From: Reclinomonas americana ATCC 50394
Lineage: Eukaryota
Length of the DNA stretch: 51,861 bases
Direction of reading: 5' to 3'
Assembly (NCBI GenBank): GCA_048213135.1
Contig: PS015130.1
Coordinates: 3,584-55,444, forward strand
In this document: positions 24,774 to 37,101 of the stretch, piece after piece
Layout: each line of letters starts with the position of its first letter
Numbering within the stretch: position 1 is the stretch's first letter
Notes under the pieces: model-generated
Told to the model about the DNA's origin: nothing
What the model saw: only the letters and a program-made list of their open reading frames with translations
Databases searched by the model: none
Position numbers and translations under genes: made by a program

Positions 24774-24837
24774 TCTCCTCTCGCAACAACACACAAAAAG
24801 CAAGAGAGGACGACAACTTGTCCCACACAATACATTA

Positions 24838-26914
24838 ATGCGGCTTGTGACCGCCCTCCTCGTCGCCCTCGCCACGCTGCTGGTGGTGGTGGTGGTATGC
24901 GCCAACAGCCACGCCACCACGCGCTGGGTCGACAAAGACCGCGACGTCGAGGAAATGTGGAAGTCGCAGGCAGTGGCCGCCGACCTCGTCGATGCTGTGC
25001 ACATTCCGTTGCTCCGACTCGGCGATGACGGAGGAGCCACACTTCCTCTCATGGGCCGCAGTGCAACGGAAGCAGGTGCGCTTACACACACACACACAAA
25101 GAGAAAGAGGGAGCGCGCGACTCTCAAAACTTCGCGTTGCATGTATGCAGCGACGCACATGTGGAACGAGCACGCTGTGCTGCAGGAGCACTACACAGTG
25201 GACGAGGTCATTGACAAGACCGCACGCAGTGTAATGGAGAAAGCGCGCGAGGTGTGCATGCAGCGACTGCAAGTTCGTTTTTTCCTTCCTCACTCTTCGT
25301 CTCTCTGTGTGTGTGTGCTGCATTGCAGGCGAGTGAGAGCTGCCTGAGATCAGTGCCGAGGCCTGCACGCGTGCCACTTCCCGCGGGAATCGATGAGTGG
25401 ACACTGGCAGAGGTTCCGGAGAGTGTGGCGGGTGCGGTGCGGCAACAGCAGCGGGTGCTGCGGTGGAAGCACACGCTGAGCGATTGGTTCTACACCAACG
25501 CTGTGTCATGTTTGCGGTACAACTCGCCGACGAGTCCGTACGGACCGCCGTTGAAGACGCTGCATGCGAAGCTGGGTCGAGTGTGGCGGCGGTTGCGCGA
25601 GGATGCGTCGTTGGAGCTGTCGCAGGAGCAGCGTGAGCAGTTTACACCACCGATCATTGTCGACGTGGGTGCGTCTTCCACCACCACCACCACCACCCCC
25701 CTTCCGAATCCCCTGCGCTTCTTCTCATCTCACACAACACGCACGCGCAGGCGCCGGTGACTCGGCGGCCGGCATCAAGGCCAAGGAGACGGCGGCCGAT
25801 CGCTCCGATGCTGTGTTCTTTGCGCGTGCCTTTGGCAAACACGACGTGCGTGTGTTTGCGTTTGAGCCGTTTCAGCCGCAGTACGAGACGCTGGTTGCTG
25901 AGGCGGCCGAGTTGCCACCTGGGCGACTGACTCCGTTGCTGACCGCTCTTGGCGACAAGGAGAGCGATGCGCAGCCAATGTACAGCACAGTTGGCACGGT
26001 GCGTGGTCGTTGTTGGTTGTCGTTGCTGTCTCATCGATTTCTCACGTCTGTGCGCAGTACGGCAACGTGGACCCCAACAACCCCGGCATGCTCATGTGAG
26101 TTTCTCGGCAAGAGCCTCCGTTGGTGCCATGCTGACTCTATCCACCGGTGCAGGATGCGGCAGCCGACGCCACTCGACCAGTCGTTTGGTATTACCGACA
26201 GACCGACAATGTGGACTCCGGTGGTCTCGTTGGATCACTTTGCGGAGAGTGACGATCGCGCCGTGGCGTTGCTTGCCGGCGACACGAAGCTGTTCTACAT
26301 CAAGGTGAATCCAGCGCCGTCTCGGCCAGGCCACCCTGGCAGAACTCCTCACTCATTTTTTTTTTTTGCTGCGCAGATCGACGTGGAAGGATGGGATTCG
26401 TATGTGATCAAGGGCATGGAGCGACTGATCCGTCGCAACAAGGTCGACATGTTCTCCTTCGAGTATGGCATCTACTGGAACGACGAATTCACAGGAATCG
26501 CGTACACCGAGGGCCGATCGTGGGCATCCGATCCGGCGCACTCACGCTCAGTGGGCGCGCTGCGGACGCCGAAGCTGCGAGATCTCGTCGACTGGCTCCA
26601 CGAACGCGACTTTGACGTGTTTATAATCGGTGCCGGTGTGTGCATGCCCATTGGTGGTCTCTGGTGGCAGGTGTGTCGACTCTGTTTGCTTCTTGCCTTT
26701 TTTCCATCCCCCGTGTCTCACTCGTGTGTCCACGCAGGACGTCTTCGAGGCCTGTGCAATGCACAATCGGCCGCTCGACATGGGAGACGACTTTAAGAAA
26801 TTCTGCACGCAAGACTTGCTGGCGATCCGCCGCGGCAGCCCGCTCTGGCGACCGGTGCTGGACGAGTGCAATTTTGGTCCACTCAAGTGGCATGCCGACG
26901 ACGACGACGAATAG
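24838..26914 (+). CDS. FkbM-family SAM-dependent methyltransferase with signal anchor
   Basis: Hydrophobic N-terminus, then IIVDVGA, VFAFEP, TALGD, YIKIDVEGWDSYVIKG and FSFEY. Confidence 0.85.
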
Positions 26915-26948
26915 ATAATCGCAATAGTAGATCTTCTAGTCTTTTTAT

Positions 26949-28800
26949 TTACAGCACCTCCTGCAACCACGTTCGCTCCTCCAGGTGGCGGCCAAACATA
27001 CCGATGCGGCACGGCACGACACCACGCACCACCTCGTGCTGGCAGTGCGCCTCCACGCCGAGGTCAGGCACCAGGACGGTGACAAACTCGAGGTCGAGTG
27101 CCGGTTGATCGAGCCACGCCACCATGTACTCTCGATACACGTCCGTCAGGAGGCCGGATCCAGTGCTGTTCAGCACACAGCTCTCGAACTCGATCTCCGC
27201 CGCCACCTCCACCTCGGTCTTCATTCGCTCCATCATGCGGCGCAACGCATAAAAGGGGAATCGGTGGCCGGCGGTGGCGCCAAACGCGTAGTTGCCGATT
27301 CGCGTGTCGTCACGTGCCTCAACACCTTGCTGCAGCAACTCGGTGTCGCTCAGCACACGTTCGCACGGGAAAAACGCCGTCACGTACGACGGCAGCTCGT
27401 TGAATGAGCGCTCCAGCTCCACATCCACGTCCAGGTACACACCGCCGTAGAGCCCCACAATCGCCAACCGGAACATGTCGTACCGCTGAATGGAGTAGCG
27501 GAGGCTGCGGAACAGCGTCAACCACTCAGGCGGCGCGTGCGCCTCCATCACCGACAGCATGAGTTCGTCGGTCCACACCAGAATCTCCCAGTCGGCGCCA
27601 TGCAGATCACGGAACCGCTGCAGGAAGTTGACCAGACGCGTCGACTCGGGCGATTCGTTCCAGATGACGTGCAGACGGCGAGGAATGGGCGATGGCTCCC
27701 TCGTCGTGTCGTTGACCGGCGCCACCGGCCACGGAGGCGGCGGCAGTGAGTGCACAAGGCCCGGGCAAGTAAACTGCGGTTGAATTGCATCACGCCACCA
27801 GCTGCCTTCGAACAGGTGCACGGCGTAGGCGCCGTAGGTGATGGCGGCGAAGCGCGCAAGATCGTTTGTCGCACACAGTCGGTCAATGTGTTCGTAGTAC
27901 ATCGGCATCATGTACGCCGCATGCAGCAGCTGGACACCACTGTCGTCCTCCTCAATAACACTGCCGAGGAGGAAGGGACCAGTGGTCTCCAAGATGAATG
28001 TCCAGCTGGCAAACTGTACCGGCAACCCTTTTTGCAGCTTCGCAATGGCACCGTGGATCAGACGCTCCAGCAGCGGATGGCCGGGCGGCGACGCCATCAG
28101 TGCATTCGACACAATCACCCCGCGCGTGTGCTTCTCAGCAGAGCGTCCCGGCTCCGTTGGCAGGTACACCTTGGTGGAGCCAACTAGGAACTCCAGTGAT
28201 CGGTACGGCAGCATATCCATGTCCACGTACACCCCACCAAGCGTATGCAGCACGTGCAAGCGACAAATGTCGACCAGCTGAATGGGATACGCCGATAGCT
28301 GCATGTACACGGACACCAGCGCAGGGTAGTGCTCTGCCAAGAGTTGCGCACACTCCTGCACGCCCCACAGCGTGTATGACCACCCCGGATGCAGTTGCTT
28401 CCAGCGCGCAGTCAGCTCGACCGCGTGCGCGGGCATCTCCCCGGTCTCTGTCTGCAGTGCACTGGCGTGCGGCCGCCAGATTTGGTGCAGGTGGCGGGGA
28501 ATGCCTTGCATGAGAGGTGGTGCATCGGCATCAATGAGCTGAGTGGTGGAGGCCTGTGAGAGAGAGTGTGTGTGAGTGAGAGAGAGAGAGGAGGGAGGGA
28601 GGAGAATGCGCGCGTGTGTGCTCTCCTCACCGAGCTGAGCAGCACACTGTCGGAGGCGCCAATGGCGTTTTCCGCTGCGTAAGCTTTTGTGTGAGTGTGT
28701 GTGAGTGTTCAAAGGACAAGCGTCCACGCAGTTGCTCACCAAGAGCGCACGTGGAGAGCACCAGGAACACCAACACGAGCACACTGCATACTCGCGACAT
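26949..28800 (-). CDS. Secreted/Golgi glycosyltransferase with two tandem DXD (GT32-like) domains
   Basis: Domain 1: IPRHLHQIW...VDICRLHVLHTLGGVYVDMD...TGP. Domain 2: IPRRLHVIW...YDMFRLAIVGLYGGVYLDVD...TGSG. Signal-like start MSRVCSVLVLVFLVLSTCALG. Confidence 0.88.
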
Positions 28801-28961
28801 GCGCGAAATCGGAAAGGGTGAGGCGCAGGACAAGCGACTCTGCCGCCGCACAACAAACAAACAAACGACTTCATTCCCCTTCATCAAGCATCATCACTCA
28901 CAGCAACGATCAGGAGTTGCTAGTGTGGCTTTCTGGTTTTTTCCTCTCTCGAAGTTATGAA

Positions 28962-31610
28962 TTACAGCGGGTCGGCAAAGATGAGCGTGCGGCCAGTGTA
29001 GCGCGCGTGCGGCTTGTCGACCAGGTCGGGATCGAAGGCGTAGGGGGCGCAGACCACCAGGTCGGCGCGACCCGAGCCGTCCACGTCGGCCACGGTGGCG
29101 AACTTGCCAAAGCGTCCGCCCTACAGACAGCCAGCAAGTGTCAACACAGCAGTGCAATATAAGGCATGAACAATCATGCGCCAACACGCAACTCGCACGT
29201 CGTCCTCCACTCGCAAGTCGGCCGTAAGCGACAGCGCGCCATTGGTGCCGGAGCTCAGCGCCAAGTTCGTTGAGCGCCACACGTAAATGGCACCCTCGTC
29301 GGCACCCTCTGGGCTCGACAGACGCAAGGGTGCGCTGACGGCCAGATCCGAGTTGCCAGTGCCCTCAAAATCGGCAAACTGCAGCTGCCAGCCGAAGCGC
29401 GCAAACGGCTGCAAGCCGAACAGTGTCGCGCGCACGCCCGAGAAAACGCGACCGCCCGCAATCAGAATCTGCGGCGACACGGAGGATGAGTCACACAGCA
29501 TGCAGTGCTCTTCCCAAACGGTGGCGCACACCTGATCTCCTCGCAGACCGTTCAGGCGGACGACAAAGGCCGCACCCGACTGGATCACATTGGCGCGTGT
29601 GTACGACGGCGCGCCGACGGCCAGCACCGGCTCCTTGTTGCTGCCGAGACGGCCAAAGGACACCGACTGGCCGACCATGATTTGCGGATCACCACCCGAG
29701 AGAGTGAACGCTGTGCAGAGAGTGGAAGCGTGAGGCTCACTCGTTGGTGTGCGCGCAAGTGTTGATGCATTCTCACGTACCGGCAGTTGTCGAGCTGCCG
29801 TATGCAAAGCCGTACACGCGACCGGCGGCTTGCATGTGCGTGTCATTGGCCGGTCGGGCGCCAGGAGCGCCAATAATGACGTAGCTGACGTCAAAAGCAA
29901 GTCAGCCATGGAGAGAGAGGAGACACACACACACGCGCGCGCGTGCTGGAGACATCCTCCTCACCGAGTACCGCTGTCATCCTCGGCCACAGTCATGTCG
30001 TTGCCGAACCACTCGTGATCGACGCTGCCGGTGGCAGACCAGTCGCTCTGTGTAGCCAGAGTGATGGTGCCGGCGGTGCGCTTTGCCGACGACAGCAAAA
30101 TCTGACAGGTGACAGTGCACGAAGTACGGTGAGAGCGCTTCTTAGTTTGCGGTTGCGTGCACATCACGCAACATTAACGCGACCACGGCGATCGCCGCCG
30201 ACTTGAGAGTAGGGCGAACCAATCAGCAGGTCGTCATGCTTGTCGCCGTCAACGTCGCCGGCCACCAGCCGGATGCCGAGGTTGGTGGCAGTCTCCGTCG
30301 AGAAGCCGCCGTCAATCACAATGTCAGGCTGATCAACGAGACCCTTGCCACGTCGTCCGAGGTACACAAACACGCGACCTGGTGGGTGGGCGGTGAGCGT
30401 CAGCTGCGGGAAAGTGAAGGAGAGAGAGAAAGACACACACACACCAATGTACTGCTTCGGGTACTGGTCGTCGAGATTGGTGGGGCCACCGGGGCCCGTG
30501 GACGGCGCAGACACCACCAAATCGGTGATGCCGTCGAGGTTGAAGTCGAGAGCGGCCATGGAGGCGCCGAAGCGAGCCGATGTCACATTGCCACCGGTGA
30601 GAGTGGGGGTGGCGAGGTCGATCGCCTGACGGCCCTGGATCTTGCCAGTGGACATGATGAACACGCCGCCGACATTCGGTTGGTCGCGTCCGCTGATGCC
30701 CGGGGCGCCGATAGCCATTTCCAGCTGTGAAGAGCAGAGGTGTGACGACAACAAAGGGGGTAAAAAAAGGGAGGAACTGTGTCGTCTCAGACTCACCACT
30801 CCATCGCCGTTGAAGTCACCCGTCACAACCGACGTGCCCACGTAGGCGTACGGCAAATCGGTTGTCAGTGTGAGCACATCGGGGTAGTCCTTGGCGCGCT
30901 GATTGTTCTCCTCCAGCAGCGAATCCACAACCATTTTCTAGCGAGTGCGAGAGTGCGCGCGTGAGTGTGTGTGTGTGTGTGTTAGAGGCAGCGCACAGGT
31001 CGACAGGAAGAGAAGAGCGTACGAAACAGCCCACTCCTTGATCATCTCTTCCACATCGGGCGGAGTAAACTTGCCGACAGAGTGGCCGGGCGTGGACACA
31101 CGGGTGCCAGCGGCGGCACGCAGCGCCGCCTGCCTGGCAATCTGCTGCGCCTTCAGCAGCGCCTCGCCCTCCGGCATGGCCGACGAGAGGTGCACACCGC
31201 GCTCCGTGTGCGTCACCTCCACCTTCATGTGCTTCGCCAGCTCGTCGTACTCGTCGTCGGTGAGCTCCAGCGCCTTGCGCACGTGGTGCGCACCGTACTG
31301 GCGCTCCTTGCGCTCTTGCATCAGCGCACCGGCCAAACTATTCTCGTTGTTGGCAAGCAGTGAANNNNNNNNNNNNNNNNNNNNNNNNNNNNNNNNNNNN
31401 NNNNNNNNNNNNNNNNNNNNNNNNNNNNNNNNNNNNNNNNNNNNNNNNNNNNNNNNNNNNNNNNNNNNNNNNNNNNNNNNNNNNNNNNNNNNNNNNNNNN
31501 NNNNNNNNNNNNNNNNNNNNNNNNNNNNNNNNNNNNNNNNNNNNNNNNNNNNNNNNNNNNNNNNNNNNNNNNNNNNNNNNNNNNNNNNNNNNNNNNNNNN
31601 NNNNNNNNNC

Positions 31611-31684
<74 letters not shown>

Positions 31685-32554
31685 AGTCATTCAGCTGCTC
31701 GGTGAGGAAAGCCGCGTGCCACGAGTAGTAGCTGCGATACGGACGAGTGAGACAACAAATGGAGCGCGGAGTGGCGAGAGGTCGACAACGCAACGGGAAC
31801 ACGTAGCCAGCGGCCAGGCGCTCCGCACGCTCGCCGATAAACATAATGGCAGTGCAGGCCTCGATTTCGGCCGCCGGCACCGACATGTTCATGCGCGTGT
31901 AGATTTGCGAGAGGTCATGAGTGGGAATGTACCTGGCGAGTGGCATAGTTGAGCACAGAGGAGGGAGAGAGAGAAAAAGAGATGGGAAACTCGGCTCACC
32001 ACTTGTTGTTGGCCCAGTCGAGCCAGTTGAGCTGACCGCGGAACGAGAAGAAAATGTCGCCGCCAGTGTCGCCAAGAGTGTGGCAAATGGGCTCATTGCC
32101 CGAGTCCCACGTGTCGTTGCACCACGACGCAGCGTGCGACATGGCGTGCAGGTAGCCCTGNNNNNNNNNNNNNNNNNNNNNNNNNNNNNNNNNNNNNNNN
32201 NNNNNNNNNNNNNNNCGGAGAAAGAGAGCGAGAGCGAGAGTGCGTGTGATTGTTAGACGACAATCAATAATCAATGCACACACACAAACACACACACAAC
32301 ATTGTATGCGGGATACTCGGAGAAGAACGCCGACTGCTGCGCGCGCACTGTGATTTCCTGAGAGAGAGAGAGAGTGAGTGACAGAGAGTGAGTGAAAGAG
32401 AGAGACTGGCTGACGGAGACACAACAGTGTGCGTGAGCATTCCACATGCATCGACCAGCGAGGCCACTGCCAGTGCACAGACGAGCAAGGCCACAAGAAG
32501 CACAGTCAGACGACCCCGAGGAGGGGTCGCTGATGCAGCAACGTGAGTGCGCAT
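28962..32554 (-). CDS. GPLD1: GPI-specific phospholipase D-like protein (Zn-dependent N-terminal domain plus FG-GAP repeats)
   Basis: Signal peptide followed by CGMLTHTV, HTLGDTGGD and W..P..DLSQIY. FG-GAP repeats GDFNGDG..MAIGAP, DFNLDGITDLVVSAP, GDVDGDKHDDLLIGSP and DFEGTGNSDLAVSAP. Two gaps hide part of the gene. Confidence 0.85.
31611..31682. repeat. (CA)n microsatellite in an intron beside a gap
   Basis: Seen directly. Confidence 0.95.
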
Positions 32555-33025
32555 TCCCGAGAGATAAGAAGAGGGAAGTGCGGGACGAGAGAATCGCGTG
32601 CCGGTCATGATGAGGGAGAACGAAGGCTGGCATGGTGGTGCGGATCCGAGTAAGGTCTGCCTGGTAGTCGGGGTGTGAACTACGTAACGGTGCAAGTGGT
32701 GAGCGACGTCGTGCATGTGCAGCTGTGATATCATGAAGTCGAAGTCTCGCTGCGATCGACGTCGTTGCTTGTTGTGTGGTGCGCGAGTCTCGTATACCGG
32801 CACTGGCTGGACATGGACCTGTGCGCGTACATAGTGTACGATCCCACGCGATCGCACTGCATGCATGCGCACGTGCGTTCTCGCGCGCGCGCGCGCTAGC
32901 GCTGCGGTCGAGCCGCAGCCATCGGCTGCAGCGCTGTGCTTGCGTGCGTCCTGCAACCATGGCCTTCAGATGTGCACTCTTGAGTATCGAGCACCGTGCG
33001 CTAGACCAAGGCATGTCGGTTCTTA

Positions 33026-33110
33026 GCTTTGGGTGCCCGAGGCGGGGGTTCGATTCCCTCCCAGCGCCCTCCCCTCACGGAAGGCGCTGTAGTGTAGTGG
33101 TAGCATTCGG
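33026..33110 (+). tRNA. Candidate circularly permuted tRNA-Pro(UGG): 3' part (nt 30-73) at 33026-33069, 13-nt spacer at 33070-33082, 5' part (nt 1-29) at 33083-33110
   Basis: Acceptor stem GGCGCTG/CAGCGCC plus discriminator C. D arm GTGT-AGTGGTA-GCAT. Anticodon stem CGG|GC / GCCCG around loop TTTGGGT. T arm GGGGG-TTCGATT-CCC(T)CC. The B box precedes the A box. Confidence 0.85.
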
Positions 33111-33150
33111 TATATTCTGACGGCCGCTCTGCTGGAGCACGGTGCTCAAC

Positions 33151-33159
33151 TTTCTTTTT
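33151..33159 (+). terminator. Putative RNA polymerase III oligo-T terminator
   Basis: TTTCTTTTT immediately after the 3' arm of the inverted repeat that encloses the tRNA. Confidence 0.55.
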
Positions 33160-33522
33160 GATTTCTTTGTGAGGGGCCGGGGGAGTGGTGCAAGCAAGCA
33201 ATGTTTTCGCAACTATTTTTACCCGAACAACAGAATGCGTGCATGCGCATGGCTCCCTGCACGCCACGCTCGGCAGCAGCGCAGCACAACGCACACTTCT
33301 ACTATGGTGGCTGCATCTCGATCAGGCAGGAGCACATGCAATGAATCAACGTCGACGTCGACTTCGCGATCTCTGTCGCTCTCTCCGGAACTGCGCCCGC
33401 AGCGCGTTCACAAAGCAGTTGCATGTGTCACACTGTATGCTGTAGCACTCCGTCACTGCAGACTTCACCAGAGGAAGAGAGAAAGAGAGAGCGGGACAGT
33501 CGTATGTTCGGATTTCTATTCC

Positions 33523-36286
33523 ATGCACTCCTTCGCGCGCTCCTCTCTCTTTCTCCTCCTCCCCCTGCTGCTCCTACTCCTCAGTGTCACACAGTGCGCC
33601 ACTGCACAACAACACGCAGACGCACTCGTGCGACCATGGACACTGGCCAATGTGCAGTCGACATTTGTCAGCGTGAAGAGCGACATTGCAGGAGAGCCCG
33701 ACACTCCCATCTATGTGGTGTTCCACAACCATCACGTCACACTGATGGAAGCAGGTGAGTGAGAGACAAAGAAAAAAACGAAGAAAGAGAAACAGGTGCA
33801 TGCATGTGTGATTGATTGATTTTTTGACTTGTCTCTCGTGTGATCAGTGGAGGAGGCGCTGCATCCGTACCCGCATCTGCAGCACTATCGCGATGAGATA
33901 TGGGCCTACTCACTGAATCTGCTCGCCGAGCATCATCTCACCATCTCGGTGGCCGATCAGGCGTATCACGTAACTCACCCGCGAACGCTGTCGCATCGTG
34001 CACCGCGTCAGGCGACGCAGCACACGCTGTCGATGCGTGGACAGATGTACAGTGTGGCGATGTCGACGGAGCGATCCACCCGCGAGCAAGGTCCGGGGAG
34101 GGGAATGGACGGGAGGGGAGACTGAAGACTTGGAACTTTGCAAACTCTCTTCATCTTTCCCTTCTCCTCCTCCTCCTCCTCCTCCTCCTCCTCCTCCTCC
34201 TCCTCCTCCTCCTCTTCCTCCTCCTCATCCCTCGCTCTTCTCTTCCCCTTCTCCTCCTCCTCCTCATTTTCTTCCTTCTCCTTCACCTTCTCCCCAGTGG
34301 AGGACTGGCTTCTCCAAGTGTCGGAGGGCAACGTGGAATTCGTGCAGGAGAACCTGCAGGAGGCGTTGGCGGCGATCACGCTGGTGGACACGCTGGTGGC
34401 CGAGGAGAGTCTGCATTCGTCTGACTTTTTCACCTCGTACATGAGAGTGCGTACTGCGGCCTCCATGTTGTCGTGCCCGCCGCGTCTTACTTTTTTCATT
34501 CCACCTTGCAGCACCTCGATGCGCACCCGGCCGACATGCACCGACTCGTGCCACCGCTGCCGTCGTACTACACGCAGCCGTTTGCGCCAATCGCGTCGAC
34601 CAGACGACGGGCGCCGCTGGCCGAATGGGCGCACAGTCGCGCGCTGGTCACCGACCTCGTCAATATCGACCCTTCCGTCAGTGCGTGCACGGCTCTGTGT
34701 GTCGATCATGGATATGCCGCGGGTGCGTGTGCATGTATTTGTCAAGACATTGTTCCTGCGTCATCTCGATCGCTTAGCTGTGTGTGTGTGTTGGTGTCGC
34801 AGCCTTCCCACCAGTGTCGCAGTGCGAGTGCTCGACGCTGGGCGTCGATTTCCTCGAGCGCGGCCATCTCATGGCGCCGCCCGCGCTGCCGAGTTTTTTG
34901 CATGCCGACGACAGCGGTGGTGCCGATTGGTCGCTCTTTCGCAGCGAGCCAGTTGGCGCCTCGGCGTGTGAGGGTCTGGAGCGGTATCTGTGGCGCGCGC
35001 TGACCGAGAAGAACGCAGCGACGGCGGCCCTCAGGGCCGTCGGCGACGAAAAGGCACCGCAGCCCATTGCTCTGTTCCCGCACAGCGGGTTCCGTGAAAG
35101 TCGCTCCAGCGCGCTCAAGCAACTCGGTCGCCACTTGCAGTCTGCGGTGTCATCGTTTGCACTTCCGGGTCTTGCGCAAAAGACGGTGGTCTACACGGTG
35201 CTGCAGCTGGTCGGTTCCGACGCGGCCACCTCCAAGTGGTTGTCGCTGTTGGAGAACTGGTTGCAGCTGTTTTGGCGTGCACACGGGCCAGCCGTGCAGC
35301 CACTGATTGTGTGCCTCGACAAGGCGACACTGGAGTTGGTGCAGTCGGTGCTCCCGACAGAGCACAAGTCGGCTGCGTTTCTCGACCGCGCGAAATGGTA
35401 CGTTTTCCTGGTACCTCGTCTCCGTCTTCCACGTGCCATCACTCATCCTCCGCTGCACGCAGGTGGGAGAAGAAGCGCAACCTGCCGATGAACTACTCGG
35501 CCTCCATCAACGTCAAGTGGCTGTATGCGTACCTCTTGGTGCGCCTCGGCTACCAATCTCTGTACATGGACGTCGACATGCTGGCGATGCGCGATCTGGC
35601 CACGCTGCCGCAGCTGCGAGCCGACAGTGCCCCAGTCGCCGACATTCTCGGCCTCTCCGAGTGCAGCAGTACATTGTGTGATCCCTTTGAGTTCACACTG
35701 TTGAGCGCCGAAGCACGCATGCGTGAGCCGTGGACCGTGGCGCCGCGCGGCTGCACCATGCCTACTGGAGACTGGGTGAGCCCACCGTCCTCATTCACTC
35801 TACTACTGCTGCTGCACTTGATATCCTGATCGCTCCCGCCCGCAGCGGTACGCCGTGTGCCCGGAGCATCCACGCCACTTTTGCGTCAACAGCGGAGCCT
35901 TCTTCTTCCGCCCCACCGTGTACACCTTGCGTTTCCTGGCGCACATGGTGGACGCGTTGGAGTCGCACTGGGCGACATGGAACGAGCAGGATGCGGCCAA
36001 TCTGCTGCTCGACTACCACACTCGTCTCGGTCGTCTGCGTTTCGACTGGTTCGATCCGCGCCAAGTCAACACCGTCATGGGCTTTGCCAAACTGCGTGCG
36101 ACCCGCCTCATGCCTCCGCCACTCGAGGCTGGAATGGCGGCGGTCAGTCGTCTCTCGGGAAAGACTCCCGCCACTACGTACGATGAACTCTCTCACTCTG
36201 TTGTCTGCATGCAGGTCCACTTTGTCGGCGATGTGGATCGGAAGATTCGTTCGATGAAGGCATGCGATCTGTGGAAGCTGCCGTAG
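33523..36286 (+). CDS. Secreted protein with a C-terminal nucleotide-diphospho-sugar transferase (GT77-like) domain
   Basis: Signal peptide [25 protein letters not shown], then LLENW, LIVCLD, LGYQSLYMDVDML, VNSGAFFFRPT, WNEQDAAN and VHFVG. It may be two genes. Confidence 0.75.
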
Positions 36287-37101
36287 GAGAAACTGGCACA
36301 GTGTGTCAGCAGGGTCTAGAAGAGCACTGCAAGTTGACGAGTCGACGACAGGCGACCACGAGTGCTGCAGCAAACGCAGCGCGTCTCACCGGAGCTACGT
36401 ACGCGCTGTCGATATCTGTCGACGCCAACAATGCATCACCACCGCGGAATGAATGAGTCACTGAAGCTCACTCCAACATGGTCTACCTGTTGCCACACCT
36501 ACAGTGTGCGCCGCTGTGTCTCAAACGGTGCGACAACATCGGAAATGACCCGAAGCGGACATGCCCATTACCGGATGACGAGACGCAATAAATGTATACA
36601 GCGCGTGTTGATCGACACCTCTCTCTCCTCCTCCTCTCTCCTGCTTCCCTTCCCCCCTCTTCGTGTGCATGAGGTCTTGCACACTGGTGCCGCAGATTCT
36701 CTCAGACAACAGCCTGCGATTCGGCGGCTGTGGTGTCGATTGAGTGAGTGTCCATCCACACACGCGCCCATTTTTCTTCATTCATTGCACGCACGTGCAC
36801 GCTCATTCACAGAGTGAGAGAGACATTGTTCCTCTTGGTAAAAGGGCGAGGGAGAAAAAGGTCTGTTTTGCCGCTCGCATTCACTGTTGTGTAAGTGCGT
36901 GAGCGACTTGTGTGATGTGAAGAGTGTGTTTCGCCGAAGTGTGCACCGATTCTTCCCTCGCTTTTACATTGTCAGACGTGTGTGCCAGTGAGAGAGCAAA
37001 GACCACCTTCCTCCCCTTCTCTCTTTCCTTCTCTCTCTACGTGTGTGCGTGTGCGTGATTCCTTCTCTGTGTGTGTGTCTCATTTGTGTGCGTTCCACAC
37101 C

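Noticed and set aside
33026-33110. Two-piece tmRNA or tRNA-Sec interpretation
   Set aside because: A complete anticodon arm with TGG and a short variable loop is present. There is no tag reading frame and no long variable arm.
33019-33116. GT (33110) and TTCTTAG (33020-33026) at the tRNA ends, suggesting spliceosomal back-splicing
   Set aside because: Joining at these sites deletes two G residues and destroys the anticodon stem. The 29/30 join gives a perfect stem.
36300-36820. Possible small gene between the GT77-like and F-box genes
   Set aside because: Only short ORFs with no identifiable homology, so I cannot support a call.
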